Virus record (IMG/VR): IMGVR_UViG_3300037847_004938
Span: 2,627 to 66,626 of that record
Length of the DNA: 64,000 nt
Reading direction: 5' to 3' (one strand)
Source of the DNA: a virus
Positions within the stretch are counted from its first letter, which is position 1, and each line of letters starts with the position of its first letter. Shown piece by piece: positions 18,346-28,958 of this stretch. The position numbers and the translations under genes are program-made. The notes under the pieces are model-generated. The model was given only the letters and a program-made list of their open reading frames with translations. It was not told the origin of the DNA and searched no databases.

Positions 18346-21300
18346 CTAGTCGTCTTTTATTATTGGCCAACCTAATGCACCATTGTTGTCAAATCCTAAA
18401 TCTTTTAATTCGTTTGTTACATGATATAAATAATAATATTCCCATTTATCAAACCTATCACTTGAACTTCCTGGTTTATATGGGGCAACAGAATTATTTA
18501 AAGTTGATCCTGAAGAAACTACCGCATCTTCTATATCATATGTAAAACCTAAGTAATTTGTCGAACCTGAAGCATAATCATTTAAGCCACTTGTTCCGCT
18601 AAAATTACCAGTACTTCCTTGTACAGCTTGTAAATAAGCTTTAAACCCACTGTTATTAGCGCCTTCTACTTGAAATACAACCCCTCTATAAAAATTATTA
18701 TTTGATGAGTTTAAAGTATTTATTCTACTCCTTAAAGTTGCAATATCTGTAGCATGACTTCCTTGTATTTGTCCATCTGCAGGGTTGTCATGATAATCAG
18801 CGCCCTGACTTCCTTGAGCTTCATCTTGGAATAATAAGAAAACAACATTATCAGCATCAGCAGGGAAATTATTATGACCATTACTTAAGAAATCATTTAC
18901 ATCGTTATCAGATAGTGCAGCCCATGTTCTTTCGTTAGACCAACTAGTAGAGTTATTATTATCATCTTCATAAACAATACTCACATGGCTATCATAAGCA
19001 TCACTACCATTAGTAGCGTTATTAGTATTACCACTCGATGCAGTTCCTCCAGTAGCATATAAATCCTGTAATACAGCTTTTAAAGAGTTTGTTTGCATTT
19101 CTCTTAATGCAATCAAAGTGTTGTTCATGGAACCTGATGCGTCAAAATATATGTATATGTAAGTATTCTGTGTTATAGCCAAAGCTTGTGTTGTTACCGT
19201 ACAAACAGCTTCACAAGTACCACCTCTACTAACTTTATATGTAAATGTGTCTGTTAAATCAGCACCAGCTGTATGCGAGTATGTTATGCTAGTCGTCGGA
19301 GATCCACTAACAATAGTGGCAGTTCCGTTGCTTGGTGGGTTTTCTATTGTTAAAGTGTAAGGACTAGGTATTGTGTCATTACTAACTACATTAACTGTTG
19401 AAGAACCTCCATTAGAGATTCCTGTTATTGCATCACCCACTAAGACAGGTAATACATCTCTGTAATCATAAACTATAAACAGGTTTTCATTTGTGTTACT
19501 TCTGTTAAAAGTAAATTGTAACACATTCTCTTCCATAGAGGTTGTTTCAGAATTAGTAACAGATCCAGAAAAATTAGCATTAGTTAAAATATCCGAAACT
19601 GTTGGGTTTGCAGATGCAGTAATCCAATATCCTAAATCATTACAAGGATTAAAATCTCCAGTATGTGCTTGTTTGACACGCAAAGAAGAAATGGTTACTG
19701 TGTCGCCATTTTGTGGTATGGCTGTAGTCCCCATGTCTCCAGAAAACGTTTCAAATCTAGTTGTACCTGAAGCATCAAATGTGTCTGTAACCTCATTAAA
19801 TACATTAACACCAGAATTTTTAAACCTGTTTATTATTGTTTCATTTGCTTGGTAAGCGTCGTTAACTACAAGTATAGTTACATTCATAGTTTCTGGTTCA
19901 GGACATTGGTTGTGTATTGTTACATACGCAACAGATGATTGATTTTCTGTTGGAGCTGCTGTTATAGTTATAACTGCTGTAGGGTCACTTGATGGATTTG
20001 CTCCAAATGTTAGATTACCAGAACCAAACAAACCGTTATGGTTTGTCGTGCTGCCATTATAGTTTATTGATATATTTACATTAGCCGCAGAGACATTATA
20101 AGCAAGTGTATGCGTTCCAGGCTGTGTTACTTTTAGAGTATAGGTGTATGTTTGGCTAACTCTAGCGGTAATTTCTGAATTACACGTTGTTTCTGCTGCT
20201 GCAACAGTTTTAGCTGACTCACCTGGCGTTAAAACGTATTGATTATGTTTTGGATCATAACCTCCTGGATTAAAATGATTTCTATTAGCGTACAATGTGC
20301 TCTTGAAATAAGATTTCATTCCTTGTGCTGATATTGGAGTTATTCCTTGTTGTCCTAACCTCAAAACAGCACCCCTATTTGGATCTGCAAAATATAAACT
20401 GTTTTCGTACGAAGCAAAACTTTCAGGTGATAACCCTATTCCATACTCTCCTGTAAAAGGAACGTCTTGCCCTAATACTTGTTCTATTTGCGTTAAACTA
20501 CCAGTTCCGTCTGGTGCATTTATAATGTTTTTTCCATACAACACTTTTGATACTCTATCTTCTTGAAAAACAATTAAGTCTGATTCTCTACTATGGACTC
20601 TTTGAACAGAACCATATTTCATATCCATAAATTTTGTAATACCTCTACTAGCATTAAACTCATTTAATGTATTGTATGCGTTATTCTCGTTAAATCCTCC
20701 GCTATATATTAGTTTATTTCTACTTTCTAATCTCTCAAAACCTTCTAATAAAGTAACATTTGGTCTTGTATCAATATCTAAATATGGTTCAAACCTATCA
20801 TCTCTTACTGAAATACTTTCTACTGCATTACCAAAACTAAAGCAATTACCAAAGTTTAATTGTGTTATGGCAGGCTGTGAGTTTGATTGATTTTGTTCTG
20901 AACCTTGATGCAATCCACTTTCAATATTGAAGGTTTCATCAGTTTCATAATATATATCACTGTTTAATTCCATTGGGTCTGTTTCAAATATTGTAATACC
21001 ATCAACCAATATAATATCAAGCTTACACGTAAGCCTTCCTCTTTCAAAAAATGCTGTATGCTCTGAAGGTTCCACATGGAGAAGAAATCTATCTGTCCAT
21101 GGAGCTCCTAATGGATGTGCTTGTTTTACTGTGAAAAAATGAAACCCATCTTCTGTAACAGGGTTTGTATCGTCTTGCGCAGGTATAAAAAATTTATTTA
21201 CTGTTTGACCTCCATAATCACCTATATACCCTGAATTTGAAGAAGAGGTTGTAAATGATGTTTTGGCCCATGTTGTTTCTGCGTCTGCCCACAATTCAAA

Positions 21301-23742
21301 CGCGCTTACAGTATTGGAAGAAGTATATGTGTTTTGAACTGTATATTTCTTTTTAAAACTAAAAGAATCATCTTCGTTGTATCCATCAAAATGAAAATCA
21401 AACTCTAGTATAGAGCCTGGATTCAACGTTTGATCGTCATACGCATTTCCTGCTGCATTTAATACCTGTAAAAAACCTAACTCTTTTTCTCCTCCTGCTG
21501 CATAGAAACCCATAACTGGCTGTGGGTTTTCTTTTGGTAAAATAACTTTTATAACACCAGATTTAGCAAAACCCAAAAACTCAGAATTGTCATATGATAT
21601 AAAATTATTTGGATTCCAATCCATTTTAAAACCAGAAGGTTTAATTTTCATATATACCCCCGCTCTTTCCACAACAGGATTTCCAGCAGGATCATCATTA
21701 CCCTCTATCCATCCTTCTTGTGCATTCAATGCGTCTTGAGCGCTTTTGTTTTCAACTGCTAGTACCTTACATTTTACTAAAGAATTTAAAGGGCCTGTAT
21801 CATCTGATTTCACAATCAACATTGTACCTGCCTCAACTTTTCCTATATTATTACCCTCTAGTGAAACCCATCTATAAATTCCTTCTTCATAAAATATAGT
21901 AGCGAATATATTGTAGTACACTTCTTTATTTTGTTTTACAAAAAACTTGTATCTATTAGCCCAATAAGGTGGTTTACTGTTTATTGTTATTTTTGCTCTG
22001 TTTTGGTTTTCAGAATCAGACACGGGTACAAAAATTTCCGAGTTTCCTGATGACTCACTTTCTTTTGGTAGTAGAACTGAAGAATATCTCCCAAATTCAT
22101 CTAAATAAACTATACCAAATTCATAACTTCTATTTGATTTTAACGATAAAGAGCTATTTAATGTAGTCCATCTTGCTTGTACCGTATTTTGCCAAGTAAA
22201 TTGGTTTTCAAGCTGTGTAGTTACATTATCTGTTGTATCTGAAGGTGTAGTGTCTACTGTAAAAGTAATTTTTGGAGCTTTTATTACAACTGTTGTACTG
22301 GTACTAGTATGTGTAAAATTTCCATAAGATGTAAGCGTGTTATTTAAAGGAACTGTGACTGTAGCTATAGAAGCAAAATTAGCAGTTAGTGTTCCCATAA
22401 ATGTTGTCCAGTCATCTGAAGCTAAAAATGAGCTCAAACCACTGTAAGTTTGTGACAACACCACTCCTGCTGTAAAGACTGCGGTTCCATTTCCGTAATC
22501 TTGACTTAAATAACTTGCAGACGGCGATGTTAATTCTATATTTATAATTAATTCACTATCTACTGTAAAAACAATATCTGTAAAAGTTATAGTCAATTCA
22601 GTACTATCACCGCTTGTGTTAATAGATGTCGTTAAAAAATCTCCTGCAAAAGACGTTGATACGTGTTCTACATTAAAATCTAATTTTAAAGGTAGTTCGT
22701 CAGTTGAGTTTTCAAGCATATCATATTGAGATGTTGTATTTCCAAAAACTATCCTGTCTTTTATAAAATCTTGCGTCTTAGCTGTTAATGGAACATCATC
22801 AAATATTCTAAATACCTCATCTTCTGGTAATGCTTTAAAAATCATTCTATTTTTAAACTGATATGTTTTACTCATATCATGTCCGAAATCACTTTCTTTT
22901 TTGTTTATAGTGTCAATTACATATACAGTATTGTGTTTTGTATTTTTAAAACAAATATCTATATCTGTTACCCTATCATCACCAGTATTATAAGTAATAT
23001 TAAAACCATTATATATTCCAATCATACCCTTGTTTTCCATTGTACCATAATCAATACTAAATCCACCTGGGTTAAATTGATAATTAGAAAAAGAAGATAA
23101 TGCTGAATACTGATTATCTAGATATTTATATCTATAAGCAAAAGCAAAAAATTGCTCTTGTATTTGGTTTTCTTTTTTTGTTGTTGTAAAAAACGGTCTT
23201 ACTGTAGGAGCTTTTGCAGGAGGTTTTCTGTATAAAGATATATCATCTTCAAAAAAACCATTTTCACCATAAGTTATAGCTCTCTCTACGTTTACAAGCT
23301 TAGGGCTATTTTTACCATCTGTAAATAAAAGTATAGTTTCTTTTTTACTTACGTTATATATAACATTTCCATAAACTTTATACTGAGCATCAAAACCTAA
23401 AACGTTTGTTGCTGCAGACCTAGTATCTTTTAATATTGTTCTTGTAGCTTGTGATCTAATATCGTATTCAAATATATATCCATGATTAAAAGCATTTGTT
23501 ACAAACCAATATATTTTTTCATTAGACTCGTCAGGAACAGCTCCTATACATCGAGGCCCTGTACCTGCGCTTATGTTTGTTAGTCTTGTGTTTCCTTCTT
23601 CGTTTTGTATAGCACCAGCGTCCCCATCTCCTGTGTTTACAACTCTTATATTCAGAGCATCAGTATATTCACCCTCTGGGATTAATCTTTCGTCGAAATC
23701 TTTATTCATTCGACCTTTAGAAAATACGTTTTTTAATTTCAT
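18346..23742 (-). CDS. Muzzle / tail stabilisation protein (P22 gp10 / crAss-like) with Ig-like and vWA extension
   Basis: GRMNKDFDERLIP.GEY.DALN, FAYRYKY.D.QYSA.S, GIVYLDEFGR, YGSVQR, EYGI...PESF; C-terminal IYFDASGSM (MIDAS). Confidence 0.75.
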   Translation of the reverse strand: MKLKNVFSKGRMNKDFDERLIPEGEYTDALNIRVVNTGDGDAGAIQNEEGNTRLTNISAGTGPRCIGAVPDESNEKIYWFVTNAFNHGYIFEYDIRSQATRTILKDTRSAATNVLGFDAQYKVYGNVIYNVSKKETILLFTDGKNSPKLVNVERAITYGENGFFEDDISLYRKPPAKAPTVRPFFTTTKKENQIQEQFFAFAYRYKYLDNQYSALSSFSNYQFNPGGFSIDYGTMENKGMIGIYNGFNITYNTGDDRVTDIDICFKNTKHNTVYVIDTINKKESDFGHDMSKTYQFKNRMIFKALPEDEVFRIFDDVPLTAKTQDFIKDRIVFGNTTSQYDMLENSTDELPLKLDFNVEHVSTSFAGDFLTTSINTSGDSTELTITFTDIVFTVDSELIINIELTSPSASYLSQDYGNGTAVFTAGVVLSQTYSGLSSFLASDDWTTFMGTLTANFASIATVTVPLNNTLTSYGNFTHTSTSTTVVIKAPKITFTVDTTPSDTTDNVTTQLENQFTWQNTVQARWTTLNSSLSLKSNRSYEFGIVYLDEFGRYSSVLLPKESESSGNSEIFVPVSDSENQNRAKITINSKPPYWANRYKFFVKQNKEVYYNIFATIFYEEGIYRWVSLEGNNIGKVEAGTMLIVKSDDTGPLNSLVKCKVLAVENKSAQDALNAQEGWIEGNDDPAGNPVVERAGVYMKIKPSGFKMDWNPNNFISYDNSEFLGFAKSGVIKVILPKENPQPVMGFYAAGGEKELGFLQVLNAAGNAYDDQTLNPGSILEFDFHFDGYNEDDSFSFKKKYTVQNTYTSSNTVSAFELWADAETTWAKTSFTTSSSNSGYIGDYGGQTVNKFFIPAQDDTNPVTEDGFHFFTVKQAHPLGAPWTDRFLLHVEPSEHTAFFERGRLTCKLDIILVDGITIFETDPMELNSDIYYETDETFNIESGLHQGSEQNQSNSQPAITQLNFGNCFSFGNAVESISVRDDRFEPYLDIDTRPNVTLLEGFERLESRNKLIYSGGFNENNAYNTLNEFNASRGITKFMDMKYGSVQRVHSRESDLIVFQEDRVSKVLYGKNIINAPDGTGSLTQIEQVLGQDVPFTGEYGIGLSPESFASYENSLYFADPNRGAVLRLGQQGITPISAQGMKSYFKSTLYANRNHFNPGGYDPKHNQYVLTPGESAKTVAAAETTCNSEITARVSQTYTYTLKVTQPGTHTLAYNVSAANVNISINYNGSTTNHNGLFGSGNLTFGANPSSDPTAVITITAAPTENQSSVAYVTIHNQCPEPETMNVTILVVNDAYQANETIINRFKNSGVNVFNEVTDTFDASGTTRFETFSGDMGTTAIPQNGDTVTISSLRVKQAHTGDFNPCNDLGYWITASANPTVSDILTNANFSGSVTNSETTSMEENVLQFTFNRSNTNENLFIVYDYRDVLPVLVGDAITGISNGGSSTVNVVSNDTIPSPYTLTIENPPSNGTATIVSGSPTTSITYSHTAGADLTDTFTYKVSRGGTCEAVCTVTTQALAITQNTYIYIYFDASGSMNNTLIALREMQTNSLKAVLQDLYATGGTASSGNTNNATNGSDAYDSHVSIVYEDDNNNSTSWSNERTWAALSDNDVNDFLSNGHNNFPADADNVVFLLFQDEAQGSQGADYHDNPADGQIQGSHATDIATLRSRINTLNSSNNNFYRGVVFQVEGANNSGFKAYLQAVQGSTGNFSGTSGLNDYASGSTNYLGFTYDIEDAVVSSGSTLNNSVAPYKPGSSSDRFDKWEYYYLYHVTNELKDLGFDNNGALGWPIIKDD

Positions 23743-23743
23743 G

Positions 23744-24631
23744 CTACTTTATCCACTTATTTCTACCTTTCAGTAATTGAGTTAATTCACCCAATTTTAT
23801 AGAATTTAGTCTGATTTTAGCATTTCTTAATGAAGCAGAAGCTTGTTTTTGTGCTCTTCTTACAATGAATTCTTGTACGCCAAATTTACCTTTTAATATT
23901 GTAGACATTAAGTAGTCATACATAAAAGTTTCTGCTAGTTTGTGTATTTTAATTTCTGTTTCAGCATATCCATACAATCCATCAGATACATATTCTATAA
24001 TAATATTTTTTCCTTTTAAATTAGAACTGAATAATATAAACCCTTGGTTTTTATCTATCAAATAACTTCCGTTATGATTTGCAGAGCCTGTATCCATTCC
24101 ATATCGTTTCCCTACTATTTGTCCAGTTGGCTCATCTACTTTACCTTCTGTTCCTTCTCTCCATTTATCTTCTATTACAGGAGTACCTCTTAAAGCATTT
24201 CCATCTCCATCAAAAAGAATGTCGGCTGTTTCTGTCCCTTCTTGTAAATAAGATTTTGGTGTAGATGAATTAAAATTTTGATTTACATCATGTACCATTC
24301 CATCTGAGCTTACGTAGCCCACTTTAACTAAGCTTACAAAATCATGCGGTAAAGGGATTTTTAATGTGTCAGGTATTTCTAATTCGAAACCTTCTATCTC
24401 TCTTAACGCATCATAATGTAGTTCTTGTATTGCTCTTTTTGCATGAAATATTACTTCATGTCTTTCAACTTTATTAATTACTTTATCGTCACCAACGTAG
24501 GTCAATAAAAAGTTGTTTATTATGTCATCTAACAACATGTATTGATATGTTCCCCAATTATCATTGTTTGGGTTATCTCCACTATTAGTGTAATATTCTC
24601 TTTGTGTTATATGTTGTCCTATCGTTGGCAT
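23744..24631 (-). CDS. Tail ring / tubular protein
   Basis: YQY..LDDIINNF...KRAIQELHYD...LPHDFV; located between capsid and muzzle genes. Confidence 0.65.
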   Translation of the reverse strand: MPTIGQHITQREYYTNSGDNPNNDNWGTYQYMLLDDIINNFLLTYVGDDKVINKVERHEVIFHAKRAIQELHYDALREIEGFELEIPDTLKIPLPHDFVSLVKVGYVSSDGMVHDVNQNFNSSTPKSYLQEGTETADILFDGDGNALRGTPVIEDKWREGTEGKVDEPTGQIVGKRYGMDTGSANHNGSYLIDKNQGFILFSSNLKGKNIIIEYVSDGLYGYAETEIKIHKLAETFMYDYLMSTILKGKFGVQEFIVRRAQKQASASLRNAKIRLNSIKLGELTQLLKGRNKWIK

Positions 24632-24633
24632 AA

Positions 24634-25398
24634 TTATGTATTATCTTTTTGTAGTTCTACTGATTCCTTATTATCCATAGCTGAAACAACTTCTGGCTCT
24701 CTTATTGCTAATCCTGAATACTTACATATTTTAATAATTAAATCTACTTCATCATTTTCTGATATTTCAAAGTTAGTTGAAGAAGCTTGGTTGTAAACAG
24801 GGTCTCCGCTTACTGTAGTATAACCCCATATAGGATCAACAGGTTTTCTTAAATAATTACATATTAATGATGTTTCAACGACATTATTAACTGTTTGAGG
24901 TGTAGTTCCTGTGTAGTTAATGCTAAGAGGTCTAGCATAGATTTGATTGCCTTGCCTGTAGAATACAGGATATGTTACTGAAGGAACATTTAAATTACTA
25001 TTCATAATCATATCAAACTTACTTTTTGGTATTTCTTCTAAAACTCTTCCGTTGTATGTTAAATTAATTAACTTGTAATAGTTTGATGGTAGTGTAAAAT
25101 AATCTCTAGCTTCTCCGACACTCGCTGTATTATTATCCTGTACGTCGGTATATTCCAAAGTAGCTGAGGTAGAAAAAACATCTATCTTATTTCTTACTTG
25201 CAGAGCCATATCACCATAACCTAAACTTCTCTTTCTTGTATTCTGAAGTTGTGTTTGTCTTGCAAACTCACTAAAATACGACTCAAAAATCTCTAACTGA
25301 GCTAATTTTGCGTAATGGTTGTACTCTAATGGTGATATATACCCTCTGTTGTCTTTGTTTAATAAAAACAACACTGTATTTCTTACACTGTTAATCAT
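24634..25398 (-). CDS. Head-tail connector / ring protein
   Basis: NKDNRGYISP.EYN..A..AQLEIF...YLRKP..P.W motif; crAss-like synteny. Confidence 0.65.
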   Translation of the reverse strand: MINSVRNTVLFLLNKDNRGYISPLEYNHYAKLAQLEIFESYFSEFARQTQLQNTRKRSLGYGDMALQVRNKIDVFSTSATLEYTDVQDNNTASVGEARDYFTLPSNYYKLINLTYNGRVLEEIPKSKFDMIMNSNLNVPSVTYPVFYRQGNQIYARPLSINYTGTTPQTVNNVVETSLICNYLRKPVDPIWGYTTVSGDPVYNQASSTNFEISENDEVDLIIKICKYSGLAIREPEVVSAMDNKESVELQKDNT

Positions 25399-25412
25399 GA
25401 GTATATTTTTTA

Positions 25413-25420
25413 CAAAAATA
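25413..25420 (-). promoter_or_regulatory. Bacteroidota -7 promoter element (TATTTTTG)
   Basis: Directly downstream of a terminator and upstream of the ring-protein gene. Confidence 0.5.
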
Positions 25421-25422
25421 AT

Positions 25423-25452
25423 AAAAAAAGGGGCTCAATATATGAGACCCCT
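25423..25452 (-). terminator. Intrinsic terminator
   Basis: AGGGGTCTCA-TATAT-TGAGCCCC-T7 on the minus strand. Confidence 0.6.
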
Positions 25453-25480
25453 CTTTCCCCTTTCACAGTTTCTTCTAGTT

Positions 25481-26263
25481 TTATAACTTATTTACTAAAT
25501 TTTGCATTACATCTAGCCCTACGTCTGTTTTGAAGAACATTCCTAGTGCGGAGTATATGTTTTCTCCATAAGGGACAACTAAAACTTTTTCGCTTGGGTT
25601 ATCTGCCCAAACAACTGTTCTTCCATCGTCTTTAATAGATAACAAACCTTCTTCAACAGCTCTCACTGCTAAATTTCTAAGTTTTAAATTTTCATCATTC
25701 AATAAATCTAAAAACTCTTTAGGATTTTGTCTAGCATAAATAATCATATCTCTTCTTAATTCAGAAGATGTCATGTTGCTTACATTTTTACCTTTGTTTA
25801 CAACCCTAGCAATAGCTTCTAAATCTGTGATATCTAAATCTTTTGCTGCTACCTGAGCGTCCAATGAAGAAGTAAGTGTTTCAACCTCTTCTCCTGCTGT
25901 CTTCTCAGCATCAAACTCATAAAACTTACCATTAAACTCTGGATGTAGATATAAAAATTTAGCAAGGTTTGTATTATATTCTTCTACGATTAATTTACCA
26001 TTTTCAAATATAATTGGTTCAACTGTTGCTAAACCATCTTGCTCATCCACAAATGGAGATATTTGATTAGTAGCCCATCTAAGAGCTCTATTCATTTGTC
26101 CATCAAAATGTGTTAACGGTTTTGTATTAGAGTGTTTAACTGGTAACATATACCTTAACGGTGTTCTGTTGCCACTTAAAATAAATATTCTAGTTTTTAC
26201 TTCTAGTTGCGGAAATACAGAATCGTATCCGCTTTTACGTGTAGTAGTTTTACTTTTTGCCAT
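25481..26263 (-). CDS. Conserved protein downstream of the major capsid gene (function unknown)
   Basis: 260-aa ORF in crAss-like synteny. Confidence 0.6.
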   Translation of the reverse strand: MAKSKTTTRKSGYDSVFPQLEVKTRIFILSGNRTPLRYMLPVKHSNTKPLTHFDGQMNRALRWATNQISPFVDEQDGLATVEPIIFENGKLIVEEYNTNLAKFLYLHPEFNGKFYEFDAEKTAGEEVETLTSSLDAQVAAKDLDITDLEAIARVVNKGKNVSNMTSSELRRDMIIYARQNPKEFLDLLNDENLKLRNLAVRAVEEGLLSIKDDGRTVVWADNPSEKVLVVPYGENIYSALGMFFKTDVGLDVMQNLVNKL

Positions 26264-26285
26264 TTTATTAAAATTAAATTAAATT

Positions 26286-26324
26286 AAAAAAAAAGAGAAT
26301 AGGGAGCCGTAGCTCCCTTCTCTC
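26286..26324 (-). terminator. Intrinsic terminator after the major capsid gene
   Basis: GAGAAGGGAGC-TACG-GCTCCCTATTCTC-T9 on the minus strand. Confidence 0.8.
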
Positions 26325-26332
26325 ATTAAATA

Positions 26333-27721
26333 TTACTGCATTAAGATGAAGTTATTAGCTCCCATAACGCATAATGCTCTTTCTGATAAGAAATGAACTT
26401 GCATTGCATCAAGATCACTGCTCATACCAGCTGAACCAGCTGAACCTGTTACCCAAGACTTATACTTTCTATCTTCAGATGCAGATTGTCTGTATCTTAC
26501 GTGTAAGAAAGGTCTTTGAGCGTTTTGACCAAGAACTTGATCATAAACAGTCATAGTACCTGCAGGGACAATGATACCATCAACACCACCTAGTTTTCCT
26601 CTAGTTGTAGCGTCGTTTAAGTATTTCCAGTCACTCTTATAGAAATCATATCCTATTCTAAAGCCAGTAAATCCAAGATTTAATGCCATGTCTTCGTCGT
26701 TGTCAAATAGACCGTAAGAACTAGTTGAAGCTCCACTATTGTTTTGAGCTGCTAATACTTTGTCAATATCGAATCCAGTTGATCTGTTTACGAAGATTAC
26801 ATTTTCTTGAATTGCACCTTCTTTGTCTAAAACTTTAGCAATGTCCTCTAGGTCTTGTCTTGCGTCAATTGTACCTGAAGAAACGTTACCGTTGTTTTCT
26901 ACTTCATAGAAAAGACCTTTAGTACCTTTGAAACCACTAGATGCAGCAGCTGAACCTGACGCAGCAGGAACACCTTCTACCATAGATAATTCTAGGTAAT
27001 CTTCAAATCTTAATCTACTTTCATGCTCTGATTTTAAATACCAAAGGTATCCAGAAGCTCCATTTTCTGTAGTTACTTCAACCCAGCCAATGTGAGCCAT
27101 TTCAGAACCTGATACTTCATATTTTTCTTTGATAATGATAGGGTTGTTTTCTTTTGCAACGAAATCAGCCTCATAAGAACCTGACATTCCGTTTGTACCC
27201 TTTTTGAATTCAGAACCATAAACAAACATACTTACTGCATTAGTAGCAGAAAAACCACCAGATGCAACAAGAGTTGCTAAATTCAAACATTTTACATCAA
27301 TAGCATCAGCTCCAGAAGCGTCAGTTACAATTGCATGTAACGTAGGTCCTGTACCGTCTGTTTTCTTGATGATAATAGTTTGATTGTTTCTAAAATTATG
27401 TCCAGTTACAGCGATAGTATCACCATCAGTGATAGTACCTTCTGCTTGGATATGTAATCTTCCTTGCTCGCTCCACTTAATTAAGTCAGAAGTACAAGGA
27501 ATCTCAGCTGATACCATTCTTAAAAAAGAAGCTACAGATCTATTTCCGTATTTTTCAAACTCCTTTTCATAAAGGTCTGGTAAGTATTGCTGAGCAAATG
27601 TGTAATCACTACTGCCTAGGTAAGATGTGTTTTGCAACGCCTTCCCTGGTGCAGGAGTTAATGAAGTAGATCCGCCAACACCTGACGATCCACTTGCGTC
27701 AAAATTAATACTTTGTGCCAT
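26333..27721 (-). CDS. Major capsid protein
   Basis: QQYLPDLYEKEFEKYG...WSEQGRLH, GYLWYLK, GF.GFR.GYDFYK, RPFLHVRY; follows the scaffold gene and has a strong terminator. Confidence 0.85.
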   Translation of the reverse strand: MAQSINFDASGSSGVGGSTSLTPAPGKALQNTSYLGSSDYTFAQQYLPDLYEKEFEKYGNRSVASFLRMVSAEIPCTSDLIKWSEQGRLHIQAEGTITDGDTIAVTGHNFRNNQTIIIKKTDGTGPTLHAIVTDASGADAIDVKCLNLATLVASGGFSATNAVSMFVYGSEFKKGTNGMSGSYEADFVAKENNPIIIKEKYEVSGSEMAHIGWVEVTTENGASGYLWYLKSEHESRLRFEDYLELSMVEGVPAASGSAAASSGFKGTKGLFYEVENNGNVSSGTIDARQDLEDIAKVLDKEGAIQENVIFVNRSTGFDIDKVLAAQNNSGASTSSYGLFDNDEDMALNLGFTGFRIGYDFYKSDWKYLNDATTRGKLGGVDGIIVPAGTMTVYDQVLGQNAQRPFLHVRYRQSASEDRKYKSWVTGSAGSAGMSSDLDAMQVHFLSERALCVMGANNFILMQ

Positions 27722-27746
27722 TTTTAATAATTTTTAAAATTTAAAC

Positions 27747-28916
27747 TTACTTTTTACTTTTTATTTTCAATCCACGACCAAAATCATTTGTGTCTTGCAA
27801 CACTCTAAACTTGGGTCCTGGGGTAGATGTGTCTACATTAGTACGAACATTCATGTTGACGTTTTTTCCATCTCTAACTACATCATTTACCGCATCTGCT
27901 TTGCCTTGCTCGTAAAAGAACTTAGCATAACCTAACGGGTTCATAGCCATAGATAAAGCAGTATGATAGTCTTTTGCATTTGTTAAATTTCCGTCATCAT
28001 CAAGATACTTGTTTATAAAGTTGCTTAAATCAGATTGAGCATTAACAGTTTCTTCAACGTTTTTTGGTTTGTAAGTTAATTTTTTGTCACCTACATTGAA
28101 TTCAAAACCTTTGAACTCGTCGTTAAAATACTTTTTAGTATTGTTTGTAAAAAACTCTCTACGCTTATCGTCAATCGCTTGCGCTTTTGTCGACTCATCA
28201 TTGTATTGCTTATAAAAATCTAAAGCTTTCTTATAATCCTCAGGAACATTCTCGGCACTTGACTCAAGAGGAGTATGGTATTTTTCCCTTATATTACTAA
28301 AGTAATCTTTAGCCTTCTGCAATTCTTTTTTCATCGCTAGAGCTTTACTCTTTTTAGACCTTTCCTCTTCATCTTCAGATACACCATAAGTGTCCTCAAG
28401 ATAAAATTCAATGTCCTCATCAGAGTATTCAGGATTTGTCTGAGCAAGATAATTTCCTATTAAAGAAATATCATCCATTTCATCAAAATTCTGTTGCGCT
28501 GCTACGAAGTCTGCTAAACCTCTTTTTGTATCTTTATTATACTCAAGATATTTAATAACCTCTTCAGGCAACTCTAACTGGTTCTCATTATTTTTAAGAA
28601 CGTCTTTTAATTGACTTTCGTCAATATTATAAGTGGACGCTAAATAGTCCTTTATAATACTTTGTTTATCAGTTAGCTCATCAGATTTTTCACTGATTTC
28701 AGGAGCTTCCTGCTTTTCTTGAACAACCTCTTCTTTTTCTTCTTTCTTTTCCTCTTTAGGTTCTTCAACAATTTCTTTTTCCTCTACTACAGCTTCTTGT
28801 TTTTCAGCGACTTCTTTTTCAGCTGCAGTTTTCTTTTCTTGATGCTCCTTTTGAATTTCTTCAGGAGACTTACTCATGTCTACTTTGAAGTCTACTTCTT
28901 CTTTGTTTTTATTCAT
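27747..28916 (-). CDS. Putative capsid scaffolding protein
   Basis: Acidic Glu/Lys-rich N-terminus; FFYEQGKADA; located between portal and capsid genes. Confidence 0.7.
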   Translation of the reverse strand: MNKNKEEVDFKVDMSKSPEEIQKEHQEKKTAAEKEVAEKQEAVVEEKEIVEEPKEEKKEEKEEVVQEKQEAPEISEKSDELTDKQSIIKDYLASTYNIDESQLKDVLKNNENQLELPEEVIKYLEYNKDTKRGLADFVAAQQNFDEMDDISLIGNYLAQTNPEYSDEDIEFYLEDTYGVSEDEEERSKKSKALAMKKELQKAKDYFSNIREKYHTPLESSAENVPEDYKKALDFYKQYNDESTKAQAIDDKRREFFTNNTKKYFNDEFKGFEFNVGDKKLTYKPKNVEETVNAQSDLSNFINKYLDDDGNLTNAKDYHTALSMAMNPLGYAKFFYEQGKADAVNDVVRDGKNVNMNVRTNVDTSTPGPKFRVLQDTNDFGRGLKIKSKK

Positions 28917-28940
28917 AATTGATTAAATTAAATTTTTATA

Positions 28941-28948
28941 CAAATTTA
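28941..28948 (-). promoter_or_regulatory. Bacteroidota -7 promoter element (TAAATTTG)
   Basis: Intergenic, upstream of the scaffold and capsid genes. Confidence 0.55.
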
Positions 28949-28958
28949 TATAAAATTT

